Part shown: positions 61,150-64,000 of the stretch, piece by piece
Numbering within the stretch: position 1 is the stretch's first letter
Layout: every line of letters starts with the position of its first letter
NCBI RefSeq assembly: GCF_044340795.1
Contig: NZ_JBIISY010000003.1
Location: 1,471-65,470 of the forward strand
Direction of reading: 5' to 3'
DNA from: Tardiphaga sp.
Lineage (GTDB): Bacteria > Pseudomonadota > Alphaproteobacteria > Rhizobiales > Xanthobacteraceae
Length of the DNA stretch: 64,000 nt
Translations under genes and position numbers: made by a program
The notes under the pieces: model-generated
Told to the model about the DNA's origin: nothing
Seen by the model: only the letters and a program-made list of their open reading frames with translations
The model's database searches: none

Positions 61150-61998
61150 ATGTCGATCAAATCTTTCATCGTATTTCTCGACGCCACCTCCGGAATGAAT
61201 GCCCGGATGACATATGCGCTCAATCTGGCAGAGCAGCACGAAGCACATCTCATCGGCATTTCCGTATCGCCGCCGCTCTGGACGCGAACCAACGGAGCGA
61301 TTGATTACACGCGAGGGACTTCTGCCGTTGAGGAGATGGTTGAGCGCCGTAGCGCGCAGGAAGCCGCTACTCACGAAACGTCGAAACGCGCTTTCGATGA
61401 GTTGCTCAGGCCAACGGGCCTTAGTCATGAGTTTCGCGCTATTCGCGAGATGGAGGCAGATCAAATCGCGAGACTTCACGCATTACATGCCGATCTTGTC
61501 ATTGTCGGCCACTCCCGACCGGACGGCTTGCCTCATGCGTCTCCGCCCGACGCAATGCTGGTCAAGACCGGCGTGCCCTTCCTAATCGTCCCCGACGACT
61601 GGCATCGGGCCGCGCCGGTTGCACAGAACATCATGATCGCATGGAATGCCAGTCGAGAAGCACGCAGAGCTATTACAGACACGTTGCCGCTTCTGAAAGG
61701 AGCCAAGTCTGTCACCGTTACGGTTGTCGATGCTCATGAGAACACCTCATATGGTGAACAACCAGGGGCGGACGTCGCACAATACCTCTGTCGTCATGGG
61801 GCCAATGTCAGTGTCGAGCAGAGACAATCAGCCGGCCGGCCTATCGCTACCGTATTGCGAGAAACTGCACATGACCTGCAATGTGACCTGATTGCGATCG
61901 GCGCTTACAGCCACAACCGGCTCAAAGAACTGGTTTTCGGCGGCGTGACACGCTCGATCTTATCCCGCGTGGAGGTGCCAACGGTCATTGCACATTGA
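61150..61998 (+). CDS. Universal stress protein with tandem USP domains
   Basis: ADLVIVG, MIAWNASREARRAI, GAYSHNRL, GGVTRSIL. Confidence 0.92.
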   Translation: MSIKSFIVFLDATSGMNARMTYALNLAEQHEAHLIGISVSPPLWTRTNGAIDYTRGTSAVEEMVERRSAQEAATHETSKRAFDELLRPTGLSHEFRAIREMEADQIARLHALHADLVIVGHSRPDGLPHASPPDAMLVKTGVPFLIVPDDWHRAAPVAQNIMIAWNASREARRAITDTLPLLKGAKSVTVTVVDAHENTSYGEQPGADVAQYLCRHGANVSVEQRQSAGRPIATVLRETAHDLQCDLIAIGAYSHNRLKELVFGGVTRSILSRVEVPTVIAH

Positions 61999-62045
61999 TG
62001 GCTGCGTTCGCTCGATGGCGGACACGACCGCTGCCGCGAACCAAC

Positions 62046-62321
62046 TCAAGATTTCCTGCTGAGCAGTCGAAGTTGACGATATTCCACCCAGCCAATACTT
62101 CCACGCCAGATGACCCTGCACCAGCGATTGCTGATGCAGTAACGTGTATCGACACGTGCTCCTCCCGGAATGACGTCGATCACTGCAAAGCTCGCGTCCG
62201 GCGCTGCGCGTAGCTTGACCGGTCCCCGGGAGCGCGCCGGATCAGCTTCGGCTTCGACTATGAATACCGAACCAAACATCACGACAATTGCCGATCTAAC
62301 GATTAAATTCTTCACGTTCAC
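62046..62321 (-). CDS. SH3b-domain secreted protein
   Basis: VKLRAAPD, WCRVIWRGSIGWV. Confidence 0.75.
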   Translation of the reverse strand: MNVKNLIVRSAIVVMFGSVFIVEAEADPARSRGPVKLRAAPDASFAVIDVIPGGARVDTRYCISNRWCRVIWRGSIGWVEYRQLRLLSRKS

Positions 62322-62411
62322 CTGCGGCGGCTCGCTCTCTGCTTCTCACGGGGAGATGATACAGGCTGATCTCGCTGATATGCAGCGCGGTCTGACGCTT
62401 CTCGGGCGTCG

Positions 62412-62636
62412 TTAATCGTCCTTGCCAAGCGTCTGCATAGCGCTGACGACATCGGCACCTGAAAGAGCGTTCGTCGCGCTCGGCAAAAACCTGCCCAGCG
62501 CCGCTGCTTGTCGTCGCACGGAGATCTGCGGTCTGTTGAGGATAGCTGCGGCTCGTATCAGGGTCGCCCCGCTATCGGCGAGTTCGATCAGCTTGGCAAT
62601 TTCGTCCGGTGTCCACGGCGACTGAAACTTTCGCAT
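62412..62636 (-). CDS. Small Myb/HTH-like protein, 74 aa
   Basis: PWTPDEIAKLIELA...AAAILNRPQISVRRQAAALG; GAGG RBS. Confidence 0.65.
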   Translation of the reverse strand: MRKFQSPWTPDEIAKLIELADSGATLIRAAAILNRPQISVRRQAAALGRFLPSATNALSGADVVSAMQTLGKDD

Positions 62637-62692
62637 GACGCCTCTGTGCAATTCATTCCACCGTAATAGAGCGACATCGGCGAGAGGATCAA

Positions 62693-62709
62693 TTGCGGAA
62701 AATCCTGAC
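62693..62709. promoter_or_regulatory. Third copy of the regulator site (TTGCGGAAAATCCTGAC)
   Basis: Between divergent small HTH and PRC-barrel genes. Confidence 0.55.
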
Positions 62710-62788
62710 AAGGCCGCGAGGAACGATAAGCCAGGCGGTCGGTTGCCAAACCATCGATCCTACCTTCTGGATCGAAATGGAGAAGACT

Positions 62789-63190
62789 ATGAATAAACTG
62801 CTTTTGACCGCTGCATCGCTGGCCCTGCTCGCATCTCCCGCTCTCGCACAGACTGCGACGACGACACCAGCCGCCCCGGCAGCTACTGCCGCCAAGTTTG
62901 CCACGGTCACAAAGGACGAGATGTTCACGTCGAAGCTCAAGGGGCTCAACGTCATGAACAATCAAAAGGAGACGATTGGCGAAATCAGCGACATCGCCTT
63001 TAAGGGCAAGGAGATCAGCGCCTTGATTCTCTCTGTTGGCGGCTTCCTTGGGGTAGGAGAGCGCTATGTCGCCGTGGCTCCGGATTCGGTGAAGATGATG
63101 TACGATGCGAAGGCGGAGAAGTGGACCGCCACCATGGATACAAATAAGGACACCCTGAAGAACGCGCCTGAGTTCAAATATCCGAAGTAA
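62789..63190 (+). CDS. PRC-barrel domain protein
   Basis: Signal peptide; TIGEISDI, ILSVGGFLGVGERYVAV. Confidence 0.9.
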   Translation: MNKLLLTAASLALLASPALAQTATTTPAAPAATAAKFATVTKDEMFTSKLKGLNVMNNQKETIGEISDIAFKGKEISALILSVGGFLGVGERYVAVAPDSVKMMYDAKAEKWTATMDTNKDTLKNAPEFKYPK

Positions 63191-63451
63191 GCCTATCGAT
63201 CGACATGGTCGCCGGAATTTCCGTCCGACGGCCATGTCACCCTCGGTGGTCAATCGTTGGCAAGATGCCGCTTTCAATTCATTCCAGCACTCCTGCAACC
63301 GCCCTTCTTTCAACAGTAAACTTTGATGCGCTAACTATTGCATTTCATGTCCCTGATCCATCGCGACATACGAGGAACGAATTGAGCCCTTGGGCAAAGA
63401 AAGGTTTTGCGCCTACAGCGTTGATCTCCTGACTTCGAGACGATGGTGCCG

Positions 63452-64000
63452 TTACGTGTCCCTAGTCAAAGCGCTGCTCAACCGTTGGATGTCAGGAGCA
63501 AAGCTAAGGGCTTGTCTGGCACGAGCAAGAGCCAGTTCCGCATGCGCCGTCGCGGCTTCGGTCATCTCTGCGTTGCCAATATTCGCCAATGCCTGCATCG
63601 CCTTCTGCAGACGCATACCCACCTCCACTAGTCCGGCACCATCCCTGGCAATCGGGGCGACAGCGTCGTCAAGCAAATCACGCGCTGCCACGGCTGGCAC
63701 AAATATCCTCGGATACTTGATCTCATCGCGCGGACAATCAGCTCCATCCGTCCAGTTCGAAAGGACGCGCACCATCGTCCCTATGACGTCGATAGCAGTG
63801 CCGGGATCATTGACTGCCGGTGACAGCGCCCGCGACGCCACCTCTGACAGAACGATCAACCCGAAGCGTGGGTCCTGTTCGTATGATCGCTGGTCGCCGA
63901 TCTGGAAACAATTGGCGACCTCCCGTGCGATCTCGTCGTCGTGACACGCGACCATGACCGCAAGCCTGCGGTCCAATGTCGCAAAGGTTCCTGGAAGCGC
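63452..64000 (-). CDS. DUF2254-like membrane protein, 5' part outside the window
   Basis: RSYEQDPRFGLIVLSEVASRALSPAVNDPGTA. Confidence 0.8.
   Translation of the reverse strand, partial: ALPGTFATLDRRLAVMVACHDDEIAREVANCFQIGDQRSYEQDPRFGLIVLSEVASRALSPAVNDPGTAIDVIGTMVRVLSNWTDGADCPRDEIKYPRIFVPAVAARDLLDDAVAPIARDGAGLVEVGMRLQKAMQALANIGNAEMTEAATAHAELALARARQALSFAPDIQRLSSALTRDT

Larger units (their letters stand above)
36510..64000. mobile_element. Integrated element/genomic island in comM; right end outside the window
   Basis: comM break, visibly lower GC and different codon use, no REP doublets seen, replication gene, recombinase, accessory cargo. Confidence 0.85.

Overview
High-GC alphaproteobacterial chromosome; gene set, order and REP families look Bradyrhizobium/Tardiphaga/Rhodopseudomonas-like (inference). 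Bases 1 to ~36510 are housekeeping backbone: pncA, uppP, fzlA-queG, infC, rpmI-rplT-pheST, a sugar ABC transporter, a TPR-caspase, nth, ogt/ada, hrcA-grpE, rph-rdgB-hemW, rsmI-yraN-gshB, an MBL hydrolase and a GGDEF protein, with REP-like palindromes in many intergenic gaps. At ~36510 the comM/yifB gene breaks after about 30 codons and an integrated element runs to the window end; its right junction is not in the window. The element starts with a 997-aa AEP primase/Zn-ribbon/SF2 helicase replication protein. Next come three tandem paralogues of an unrecognised acidic family, each in its own cassette (14-bp upstream repeat 72-75 bp before the start, leader hairpin, RBS, ORF, terminator); this is the best candidate for an undescribed system. 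Further cargo: a secreted caspase-like protease, Cys-rich secreted proteins, an HTH regulator with a TTCC repeat array, small ORFs, an outer-membrane protein, a catalytic-domain-only tyrosine recombinase, a TRAP transporter, MscS, and a stress-type module (Crp, HK-NarL pair, BA14K, USP, SH3, PRC-barrel) with a shared GGRAAATCCTGACA site. All calls were made by eye from motifs; no database searches were run.
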